Positions 17,759 to 25,452 of a stretch of DNA of 32,000 bases are shown one piece after another. Location: contig NZ_BCZP01000022.1 in assembly GCF_001598795.1 (NCBI RefSeq), positions 1 through 32,000 on the forward strand, given 5' to 3'. Under the pieces are notes generated by a model. The model was given only the letters and a program-made list of their open reading frames with translations. It did no database searches and had not been told where the DNA came from. Every line of letters starts with the position of its first letter. Position 1 is the stretch's first letter. This stretch comes from Delftia acidovorans NBRC 14950 (lineage in GTDB: Bacteria > Pseudomonadota > Gammaproteobacteria > Burkholderiales > Burkholderiaceae_C). The position numbers and the translations under genes were made by a program.

Positions 17759-18027
17759 GCACCCGTCTTGTCACCAGCTTCGGCATTGCCGTGCGCCAGG
17801 CGCGCGAGGCCCATGGCTGGTCGCAGGAGCGGCTGGCCGAGCACTCGGACCTGAACCGCTCCTACGTGGGAGAGATAGAGCGCGGCCGCGTCATCGCCTC
17901 GCTGCTGACCGTGGAGAAGCTGGCCGTCTCGCTGGGCGTGCAGCCCTCGGCCCTGGTCATGCGCGGCGAAACCGTGGCCCACGACCAGCTGGTGCGCGGC
18001 CTGCGGTTGGCGGCTATAGCATGTTGA
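17755..18027 (+). CDS. XRE-family helix-turn-helix transcriptional regulator
   Basis: FGIAVRQAREAHGWSQERLAEHSDLNRSYVGEIERGRVIASLLTVEKLAVSLGV is a canonical Cro/C1-type HTH. Its ATG overlaps the cysE stop (ATGA at 17755-17758). Confidence 0.8.
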   Translation: MSTRLVTSFGIAVRQAREAHGWSQERLAEHSDLNRSYVGEIERGRVIASLLTVEKLAVSLGVQPSALVMRGETVAHDQLVRGLRLAAIAC

Positions 18028-18109
18028 AGACATGTGCGCGGGCCGGGACACTGGCCCTGTTTCCCTCCTTCCCCTTCCCTTTTTCCTGAACTGATCACGG
18101 AGTCTGCAC

Positions 18110-19042
18110 ATGTCGGCAACAGTGGGCGGCACGACCGCGCTAGGCGACAACGCCGCGCGGCAACTGGCCAACGCAACCAAAACCGTTCCCCAGCTTTCGA
18201 CCATCAGCCCGCGCTGGCTGACGCACCTGCTGCAATGGTCGCCGGTGGAGGCGGGCATCTACCGCCTCAACCGCGTCAAGAACCCGGAGGCCATCAAGGT
18301 CACCTGCACGGCCAAGCAGGAAGACAACCAGCTGCCGCGCACCTATGTGGACTACGAGGAGCAGCCGCGCGAGTACTTCCTCAACGCCGTCTCCACCATC
18401 CTGGATGTGCACACGCGCATCTCCGACCTCTACAGCAGCCCGCATGACCAGATCAAGGAACAGCTGCGCCTGACCATTGAGACCATCAAGGAGAACCAGG
18501 AAAGCGAGCTGATCAACAACCCCGACTACGGCCTGCTGGCCCAGGTCACGGACGAGCAGCGCATCTTCCCGCTGACCGGCGCACCCACGCCCGACGACCT
18601 GGACGAGCTGCTGACCAAGGTCTGGAAGGAGCCCGCCTTCTTCCTGACCCATCCGCTGGCCATTGCCGCCTTCGGCCGCGAGGCCACGCGCCGCGGCACG
18701 CCGCCGCCCACGGTCAGCCTGTTCGGCTCGCAGTTCATCACCTGGCGCGGCATTCCGCTGATCCCCTCGGACAAGGTGCCCGTGGCCGATGGCAAGAGCA
18801 AGATCCTGTTGCTGCGCGTGGGCGACAAGCGCCAGGGCGTGGTCGGCCTGTACCAGCCCGGCCTGCCGGGCGAGCAAAGCCCGGGCCTGTCGGTGCGCTT
18901 CATGGGCATCAACAACCATGCCATCGCGTCCTACCTGATCTCGCTGTACTGCTCGCTGGCCGTGCTCACGCCCGACGCGCTGGCCGTGCTCGACGATGTC
19001 GAGATCGGCAAGTACCACGACTATCCCGACACCTACAAGTAA
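18110..19042 (+). CDS. Family 2A encapsulin shell protein (SrpI-type, HK97 fold predicted)
   Basis: 310 aa. The N-terminus AARQLANATKTVPQLSTISPRWLTHLLQWSPVEAGIYRLNRVK matches my recollection of Family 2 encapsulins. The size fits subtype 2A, which lacks the cNMP-binding insertion. GGAG RBS. Sits directly upstream of the cysteine desulfurase with a disordered N-terminal domain. Confidence 0.85.
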   Translation: MSATVGGTTALGDNAARQLANATKTVPQLSTISPRWLTHLLQWSPVEAGIYRLNRVKNPEAIKVTCTAKQEDNQLPRTYVDYEEQPREYFLNAVSTILDVHTRISDLYSSPHDQIKEQLRLTIETIKENQESELINNPDYGLLAQVTDEQRIFPLTGAPTPDDLDELLTKVWKEPAFFLTHPLAIAAFGREATRRGTPPPTVSLFGSQFITWRGIPLIPSDKVPVADGKSKILLLRVGDKRQGVVGLYQPGLPGEQSPGLSVRFMGINNHAIASYLISLYCSLAVLTPDALAVLDDVEIGKYHDYPDTYK

Positions 19043-19054
19043 AGAGGCCGGGCG

Positions 19055-20953
19055 TTGACCGTGTCTGCAATCACCTCCGTGGCGCCCCAGGCGCCCTTCG
19101 ACCCCGAGGCGCTGGCGCGCATGGCCAACGCCTTGTTCTCCGCCGCACCGGGATCGGCTCCTGCCCTACCGGGTCTTCCGGGTCTTCCCGGCCTGCCTGC
19201 TGGCGTCCAGGCCCCCGTGAACGTGGCGCCGCCCGGCTCGCCGCTGGCCAGCCCGGCAGGCCTGGGCCCCGGCGTGCCGGGCACGCCCATCCCGCAGGGC
19301 GTGGCGCCGGGCAGCAACCTGCTGCCGGCCTCGCCCGCGCCGCTGGCCTCGCTGGCCCACCGCGCGCCCGCGCTGCTGCCCCATGCCCAGGCCGGCAACG
19401 GCGTGCCCGACCATGTCGTGAGCGCCCTGCCCGCCTACGAGCCGCGCCTGGGATCGCAGGTGCTGGGCGTGCCCCAGCGCCAGGGCGATCCGCTGGATGC
19501 GCTGGCCGCGCTCCCGTTCACGGCACCTGCGTCACCTGCGTCACCCGCCGTGCCGCGCATCGGCGTGCCCACCGAAGGGCCCGGCATTGCGTCCACCGTG
19601 CCTTCGGCCGAGCCGCGCTTTTACTTTGTCGATCCCGTGGTGCTGCCCGCCGGCTACACCACGCCGGCCCATCCGCTGCAGCGCCAGCAGGCTGCGCACG
19701 GGGCAAGGCATGGCACGGCCGGCGTGCAGGCGCCCTTCGACGTGCATGCCGTGCGCCGGGACTTTCCCATCCTGTCCGAGCGCGTCAATGGCCGTCCGCT
19801 GGCCTGGCTGGACAACGCGGCCACCACGCACAAGCCGCGCGCGGTGATCGAGCGCATCCGCCACTTCTACGAGCACGAGAACTCCAACATCCACCGCGCG
19901 GCGCATGAACTCGCTGCCCGCGCCACCGACGCCTACGAGGGCGCGCGCGAGCGCGTGCGCCGCTTCATCAACGCGCCCGACGTGAACGAGGTCATCTTCG
20001 TGCGCGGCACCACCGAGGCCATCAACCTGGTGGCCAAGAGCTGGGGCTGGCAGCATGTGGGCGAGGGCGACGAGATCATCGTCTCCCACCTGGAGCACCA
20101 CGCCAACATCGTGCCCTGGCAGCAGCTGGCGGCCGCCAAGGGCGCGAAGATCCGCGTGATCCCGGTGGATGACTCGGGCCAGGTGCTCATCGATGAATAC
20201 CGCAGGCTGCTGAACCCGCGCACCAAGATCGTCTCCGTCACCCAGGTCTCCAACGCGCTGGGCACGGTCGTGCCCGTGCAGCAGATCGTGGAGCTGGCCC
20301 ACCAGGCGGGCGCACGGGCCCTGGTCGATGGCGCGCAGTCGGTCTCGCACATGGCCGTGGACGTGCAGGCCATCGGTGCGGACTTCTTCGTGTTCTCGGG
20401 CCACAAGGTCTTCGGCCCCACGGGCATCGGCGTGGTCTGGGGACGGCGCGAGGTGCTGGAGGACATGCCGCCCTGGCAGGGCGGCGGCAACATGATCGCC
20501 GACGTGACCTTCGAGAAAACCGTCTACCAGCCCCTGCCCAACACCTTCGAGGCCGGCACCGGCAACATTGCCGACGCCGTGGGCCTGGGCGCCGCCATCG
20601 ACTACGTGCAGGCCCTGGGCATGGAGCGCATCGCGCGCTACGAGCACGATCTGCTGCAGTACGGCACGCAGGCGCTGGCGCCCATCCCCGGCCTGCGCCT
20701 GATCGGCACGGCGGCCGACAAGGCCAGCGTGCTGTCCTTCGTGCTCAAGGGCTGGACCACGGCCGAGGTGGGCGAGGCGCTCAACGCCGAAGGCATCGCC
20801 GTGCGCACCGGCCACCACTGCGCCCAGCCCATCCTGCGGCGCTTCGGCGTGGAGACCACCGTGCGGCCCTCGCTGGCCTTCTACAACACCACCGAGGAAA
20901 TCGACCGGCTGGCGGCCGTGGTGCAGGGGCTGGCGGCGCGCAGGCGGGGTTGA
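19055..20953 (+). CDS. SufS-like (class V) cysteine desulfurase with ~227-aa disordered N-terminal cargo-loading domain
   Basis: TTG start 7 nt after an AGAGG RBS. Residues 1-227 are Pro/Ala/Gly-rich and low-complexity (PGLPGLPGLP, APASPASPAVP) with ALARMANALFS at residues 19-29. The catalytic domain has DNAATTHKP, the PLP-Lys motif FSGHKVFGPTGIG and the Cys loop RTGHHCAQP. Confidence 0.9.
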   Translation: MTVSAITSVAPQAPFDPEALARMANALFSAAPGSAPALPGLPGLPGLPAGVQAPVNVAPPGSPLASPAGLGPGVPGTPIPQGVAPGSNLLPASPAPLASLAHRAPALLPHAQAGNGVPDHVVSALPAYEPRLGSQVLGVPQRQGDPLDALAALPFTAPASPASPAVPRIGVPTEGPGIASTVPSAEPRFYFVDPVVLPAGYTTPAHPLQRQQAAHGARHGTAGVQAPFDVHAVRRDFPILSERVNGRPLAWLDNAATTHKPRAVIERIRHFYEHENSNIHRAAHELAARATDAYEGARERVRRFINAPDVNEVIFVRGTTEAINLVAKSWGWQHVGEGDEIIVSHLEHHANIVPWQQLAAAKGAKIRVIPVDDSGQVLIDEYRRLLNPRTKIVSVTQVSNALGTVVPVQQIVELAHQAGARALVDGAQSVSHMAVDVQAIGADFFVFSGHKVFGPTGIGVVWGRREVLEDMPPWQGGGNMIADVTFEKTVYQPLPNTFEAGTGNIADAVGLGAAIDYVQALGMERIARYEHDLLQYGTQALAPIPGLRLIGTAADKASVLSFVLKGWTTAEVGEALNAEGIAVRTGHHCAQPILRRFGVETTVRPSLAFYNTTEEIDRLAAVVQGLAARRRG

Positions 20954-21238
20954 GCCACGGGCTCAGCCCAGGCGTCTTGCAAAGGCGTCGCCCGTGGTGG
21001 CCGTGCCCAGGCGACCATGCCCAGGCGGCCGCCACGTCGTTGGCGCCGCTTGCGCCAGGTGTGCCGCAGGCCGGCCCCGGTGGCAATGCCGCGCCACGGC
21101 AGCGGACGGAACACGGCATTGGAGTCATGAAAAAGCATTGCCAATATCAGAATGATCCTATGGATTTTCATAAATCATAGGAATAGACTTTGGAGCACGC
21201 CCAACAAACTCTCCTGCATCGTTTCCGGTTTCATTCAT

Positions 21239-22243
21239 ATGAAAAAAATCAGATATTTTCTCATTCCGGCAACGCTTTGCTTTTCTGTAAGCTCCATTTA
21301 TGGAGGCATGTTTACACCGGCAGTATCCATCGTCCAATTACCGGAAATCATCAACGTTCCCGCAGGAAATATCATGAATGGATCAGTGCTATGGGAATCG
21401 CCCATGGTCAAATCCACTCTCGACACAATTTCCTACAGTGTGCTTTCGGGGCCATCTTCAGAAATATGGCCCCAAATCATGAACCCCACTACGCTGGACG
21501 GCGATATCTACTCCACATCTTTGCGCGGAATAGGAATCCGTTGGCGTGCCACATGGAAAGCCAGGAATTTCCCCAATGGCAAAACCATGTCCATCACCAC
21601 TACGTCCAACAATTCAGGAGCCACGGGATGGCAAAAGGATGATGTACATGAGCAAACCATATGGATGCAACTCATCAAGACAGGCGCCGTTCAATCGGGC
21701 ACTTTCAGCGTCAGCAGCTATGCAACCGCCCGGTTTGACTGCAATAGCCTTTGCAATATCTGGTCCGTGATGGCGGCCGGCAGCACCGTGGTGCGCACAG
21801 GCGCCAGTTGCCGGGTGAAGACGAGCAACATCGCCGTGAACCTGCAGCGAATCAACAGGTCACAGTTCAACGGGATAGGCGCTACCTCCGCGCCCCAGTC
21901 ATTCGATCTGGAATTGATCTGCACCGGGGGCGATGCCAATTCCACCCTGCGCCCGTTCGTCACGCTCACGGATGCCAACGATGCCGCCAACCGCTCCGAT
22001 GTGCTGACGGTGACCGGAGGGGCTGCCGGCATCGGCATCCAGATCCGCAGCAGCGACAAGGTCATCAGCTACGGCGAGGACTCCGCCAACTTCGGCAATC
22101 CCAACCAGTGGCAGGCGGGCATCATCACCCCAAACACCAGCAACCACGTGATTCCATTGACGGCGCGCTATGTCCAGACCCAGCCCTCCGTCACAACAGG
22201 CCTGGCCAACGGACGGGCCACCTTCACGCTCAATTACCAGTGA
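21239..22243 (+). CDS. Chaperone-usher-type two-domain fimbrial adhesin-like protein (orphan)
   Basis: Start ATG 21239 (MKKIRYFLIPATLCFSVSSIYG, a signal peptide). C-terminal pilin-domain hallmarks: Cys pair ASCRV...LELIC, GIGIQI, LTARYVQT, and terminal ANGRATFTLNYQ (compare the ...TFVYQ-type C-termini of type 1 fimbrial subunits). GC is much lower than the flanks, especially in the 5' half. Confidence 0.75.
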   Translation: MKKIRYFLIPATLCFSVSSIYGGMFTPAVSIVQLPEIINVPAGNIMNGSVLWESPMVKSTLDTISYSVLSGPSSEIWPQIMNPTTLDGDIYSTSLRGIGIRWRATWKARNFPNGKTMSITTTSNNSGATGWQKDDVHEQTIWMQLIKTGAVQSGTFSVSSYATARFDCNSLCNIWSVMAAGSTVVRTGASCRVKTSNIAVNLQRINRSQFNGIGATSAPQSFDLELICTGGDANSTLRPFVTLTDANDAANRSDVLTVTGGAAGIGIQIRSSDKVISYGEDSANFGNPNQWQAGIITPNTSNHVIPLTARYVQTQPSVTTGLANGRATFTLNYQ

Positions 22244-22267
22244 CCTACCAGTGACCTGCCAGTGACA
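22235..22267. repeat. 11-bp tandem repeat x3 spanning the adhesin stop codon
   Basis: taccagtgacc / taccagtgacc / tgccagtgaca. The stop TGA at 22241-22243 lies in the first unit. Confidence 0.85.
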
Positions 22268-22331
22268 CGCTGGCTGCATTGCGGCTGTGCAGGCGCCCGT
22301 GCCGATCCTGCGCGGCCGCCCCCGGCTGCGC

Positions 22332-23288
22332 TCACTCGGCCCTGGCCCCTGACACCCGCACCTGCTCGGCCGCCACCGGCATCTGCTCGCGCACGAAGCG
22401 CCAGAACGCGTCCACGCCCATGGGCTTGACGGGCAGCGAGCCCTGTTCGATGAACTGCTTTTGCACCTCGGGATTGCGCAGCGCCGTGGCCAGTGCGCCG
22501 TTCAGGCGCTCCAGCGCCGCACGCGGCGTGCCGGCCGGGGCAACCAGGCCGTACCAGGAGTCGGTGTAGAAGCCCTTGACGCCTGCTTCCTCGAACGTGG
22601 GCACATCGGGCAGGGCCGGCAGGCGCTGGCGCGAGGCCACGGCCAGGGCGCGCAGCTTGCCCGAGCGGATGAAGGGGATGGCGCCCGTGGTGAGCACGAA
22701 GTCCACGCGGCCCGCCATCAGGTCGGTCATGGCCGGGGCCGTGCCCTTGTAGGGGATGTGGGTGACATCCACGCCCGTGAGCTGCTTGAAGCTGGCGCCC
22801 GCCAGGTGCTGGCTGGAGCCCACGCCGCCCGAGCCGTAGTTGAGCTGGCCCGGCCTGGCGCGCGCCGCCTCCAGCAGATCGTTGACCGAGCGCAGCGGCG
22901 AGGCCACGGGCACCAGCAGCACGCTGGGCGAGGTGGTGATCATGCCGATGGGCGCGAAGTCCTTGAGCGGGTCGTGGTTCAGCTTGGCGTAGAGCGCGGA
23001 GTTCAGGCCGTGCGAGGCCACGGTGGCCAGCATGATGGTGTTGCCATCGGGCCTTGCGCGGGCCGCCGCGTCGCTGCCCAGGTTGCCGCCTGCACCGGCC
23101 CGGTTGTCGATGGTGATGGGCTGGCCCAGGGCCTCGCTCATGCGCGTGGCTGCCAGCCGCGCCACGTTGTCGGAAGGGCCGCCTGCGGGCCAGCCCACGA
23201 TGAGGGTGATGGGGCCTTGCGCCAGGGCCGGCAGGGCCAGCGTGCACAGGGTGAGCGCAGCCAGGCTGCGGCGCGACAGAGGGGTCAT
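22332..23288 (-). CDS. Bug/TctC-family substrate-binding protein
   Basis: Start ATG 23288 (MTPLSRRSLAALTLCTLALPALAQG). PITLIVGWPAGGPSDNVARL...PDGNTIML. 318 aa. Confidence 0.9.
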   Translation of the reverse strand: MTPLSRRSLAALTLCTLALPALAQGPITLIVGWPAGGPSDNVARLAATRMSEALGQPITIDNRAGAGGNLGSDAAARARPDGNTIMLATVASHGLNSALYAKLNHDPLKDFAPIGMITTSPSVLLVPVASPLRSVNDLLEAARARPGQLNYGSGGVGSSQHLAGASFKQLTGVDVTHIPYKGTAPAMTDLMAGRVDFVLTTGAIPFIRSGKLRALAVASRQRLPALPDVPTFEEAGVKGFYTDSWYGLVAPAGTPRAALERLNGALATALRNPEVQKQFIEQGSLPVKPMGVDAFWRFVREQMPVAAEQVRVSGARAE

Positions 23289-23332
23289 GGCAGTTGTCCT
23301 TGTCCATTCAAAGGTTTGCATGGCCAGGGCCT

Positions 23333-24322
23333 TCAGGGCTTGCCGTCCTGCCAGGGCATTTCGGTCCAGAGCTTGCGAAAGCCGGCCTCGGTGCGCTCCA
23401 GTTCGGCCGCGTAGGCGGGCGGCGCCAGGTAGCGCAGCGGCGCGTACATGGCCTCGGCCTGCTGCCTGAACTGCGGGTCGGCCGCGATGGCGGCCACGGC
23501 ATCGACCAGCTTTTTGCGCACGCCTTCGGGCAAGCCCTTGGGCGCGGCCAGGCCGCGCAGGGACGCCAGCTCGATATCGATGCCCTGCTCCTTGAACGTA
23601 GGCACCTGCGGCGCCAGCGAGCTGCGCGCGGCCGACATCTGGCCCAGCAGGCGGATGGGAGTGCCGCCCTTCTGGTAGGCCAGCACCTCGCCCACGTTGA
23701 TGGCGCCGATGGTGATCTGCTGGCCCGTGGCGGCGGCGCGCACCTCGCCCGCGCCCTTGTAGGGCACATGGGTGAGCTGCGTGCCGGTGGCCTTGGCGAA
23801 CAGCAGCATGGCCAGGTGGTCGTCCGAGCCCGTGCCCGTGGTGCCCACGGTCACGGCGCCGGGGTTGGCCCGGGCGTAGGCGGCCAGGCCGGCCAGCGTG
23901 GTGATGGCGTTGCTGTTGTGGATGGCGAAGCCGCCCGGGTCGTCCACCAGGTTGCCCAGCAGGTCGTACTGGCTCCAGTGGAAGCTGCTCTTGCGCTCGA
24001 TGGGGATGGTCAGCACGTTGGGCGTGTTGATGAAGCCGATGGTGTAGCCGTCCGGCTTGGCACGCGCCAGTTCGCCAAAGCCGATGCCACCGCCCGCGCC
24101 GGGGCGGTTGAGCACGACGACGCTGCCGCCGAGCTTCTTTTCCAGATGGCGGGCCAGCAGCCGCGCCACCAGGTCGGTGCCGCCGCCGGGCCCGTAGGCC
24201 ACGATCATCTCGATGTTGCGCGAGGGATAGGGGGCCTCGCTCTGAGCCTGGGCCAGGGCCGGCAGCGCCATGCAGGCGGCGGCCAGGCCTGCGCACAATG
24301 CGCGCCTTGCTTGCTGTGTCAT
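23333..24322 (-). CDS. Bug/TctC-family substrate-binding protein
   Basis: Start ATG 24322 with AGGAGA RBS (MTQQARRALCAGLAAACMALPALAQA). NIEMIVAYGPGGGTDLVARL...PDGYTIGF. Confidence 0.9.
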   Translation of the reverse strand: MTQQARRALCAGLAAACMALPALAQAQSEAPYPSRNIEMIVAYGPGGGTDLVARLLARHLEKKLGGSVVVLNRPGAGGGIGFGELARAKPDGYTIGFINTPNVLTIPIERKSSFHWSQYDLLGNLVDDPGGFAIHNSNAITTLAGLAAYARANPGAVTVGTTGTGSDDHLAMLLFAKATGTQLTHVPYKGAGEVRAAATGQQITIGAINVGEVLAYQKGGTPIRLLGQMSAARSSLAPQVPTFKEQGIDIELASLRGLAAPKGLPEGVRKKLVDAVAAIAADPQFRQQAEAMYAPLRYLAPPAYAAELERTEAGFRKLWTEMPWQDGKP

Positions 24323-24387
24323 CTTTGTCTCCTGGGTCGCCTCTTGCAGTGGTCTGAGAGGCTTTGTAGTCATGGTGAAGGAAGCGG

Positions 24388-25452
24388 CTAACGGGACGGG
24401 GAAAAGGACAGGGAACGGGACGGGTCCAAGGCCCTGGCGATGCGCTCGCGCGCATGCGGCCAGACCTCGGGATTGACCAGGCGCGCGGGCCGCTGGCCGT
24501 CGGCCAGCAACTGCACGATCTGGGTGGCGGCCAGCTCGGCGTTGTTGCGCCGGGCCTCGTGCGTGACACCGGCGGTGTGGAAGGTGGCCACCACCTGGGG
24601 CAGGGCCAGCAGCGGATGGGAGGCGGGCGGCGGCTCCTGGTCCCAGACATCGAGCCCGGCGCCGGCCAGGTGGCCGCTGGCCAGGGCGGTGTGCAGGACG
24701 GCCTCGTCATGGATACCGCCGCGCGCCGTGCTCACGAAGATGGCGCCCGGCTTCATGGCCGCAAAGGCAGCGGCGTTCATGAGCCCCAGCGTGGAGGCAT
24801 CGCGCGGGCAGTGCAGGGAGACGATGTCCGCGCGCTGCAGCAGTTCGTCGAAGCCGACGGCCTCGGCCCCGCGCGCCGCCAGGCCGGCCGCGTCATAGGC
24901 CGGGTCGCAGCCGATCACCTGCATGCCGAAGGCCCGGCCCAGGGCCGCGACGCGGCTGCCGGCCTCGCCCACGCCCACCAGGCCCAGGGTGCGGCCGCGC
25001 AGCTCGTGGCCCATGACGTCTTCCCGGCTGAAGCCCCTGCCCGGGGCGCGCAGCAGGCGGTCGGATTCGTTGATGCGGCGCAGCACGGACAGCATCAGGC
25101 CGATGGCCATCTCGGCCACCGAGTCCGCATTGCCGCCCGACTGGTTCATCACGGCCACGCCGGCCCGCGTGCAGGCCTCGATGTCGATGGTGTCGCAGCC
25201 CGAGCCGCTGGAGGACACGGCCAGCAGATCGGGGCAGCGCGCCAGCAGGTCCGCCGTGGCAAACCAGTGGCGCGGCAGCTCGTCCTTGGCGGCCGTGATC
25301 TGGTAGACCCGGGCGCCGGCCAGGGCCTGCCAGGCGGCGGCATCGTCGCCCTCGCGCCGGCAGGTGACCAGTTGCACGCCAGGCGCGGCCGAGACGATGC
25401 GGTCGAAGGCCGCATCCAGCCAGTAGTCGAAGCGGACAACGCGGCGGTCCAT
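24388..25452 (-). CDS. D-isomer-specific 2-hydroxyacid dehydrogenase family (NAD-binding)
   Basis: GRTLGLVGVGEAGSRVA (GxGxxG Rossmann motif) and a conserved C-terminal catalytic region ...VVATFHTAGVT. Its ATG overlaps the upstream gene's stop by 1 nt (TGATG). Confidence 0.9.
   Translation of the reverse strand: MDRRVVRFDYWLDAAFDRIVSAAPGVQLVTCRREGDDAAAWQALAGARVYQITAAKDELPRHWFATADLLARCPDLLAVSSSGSGCDTIDIEACTRAGVAVMNQSGGNADSVAEMAIGLMLSVLRRINESDRLLRAPGRGFSREDVMGHELRGRTLGLVGVGEAGSRVAALGRAFGMQVIGCDPAYDAAGLAARGAEAVGFDELLQRADIVSLHCPRDASTLGLMNAAAFAAMKPGAIFVSTARGGIHDEAVLHTALASGHLAGAGLDVWDQEPPPASHPLLALPQVVATFHTAGVTHEARRNNAELAATQIVQLLADGQRPARLVNPEVWPHARERIARALDPSRSLSFSPSR

Noticed and set aside
18140-20818. 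Long antisense ORFs (18140-19018 and 19541-20818, minus strand) opposite the encapsulin and desulfurase genes
   Set aside because: They are shadow ORFs. The plus-strand products carry specific motifs (encapsulin N-terminus; SGHK and GHHCA of SufS), while the antisense products are low-complexity.
22332-24710. Single 792-aa minus-strand ORF spanning three genes
   Set aside because: Only the last 318 aa (from MTPLSRRSLAAL at 23288) look like a protein, namely a Bug family member. The upstream ~470 aa are out-of-frame read-through over the second Bug gene and the dehydrogenase gene.
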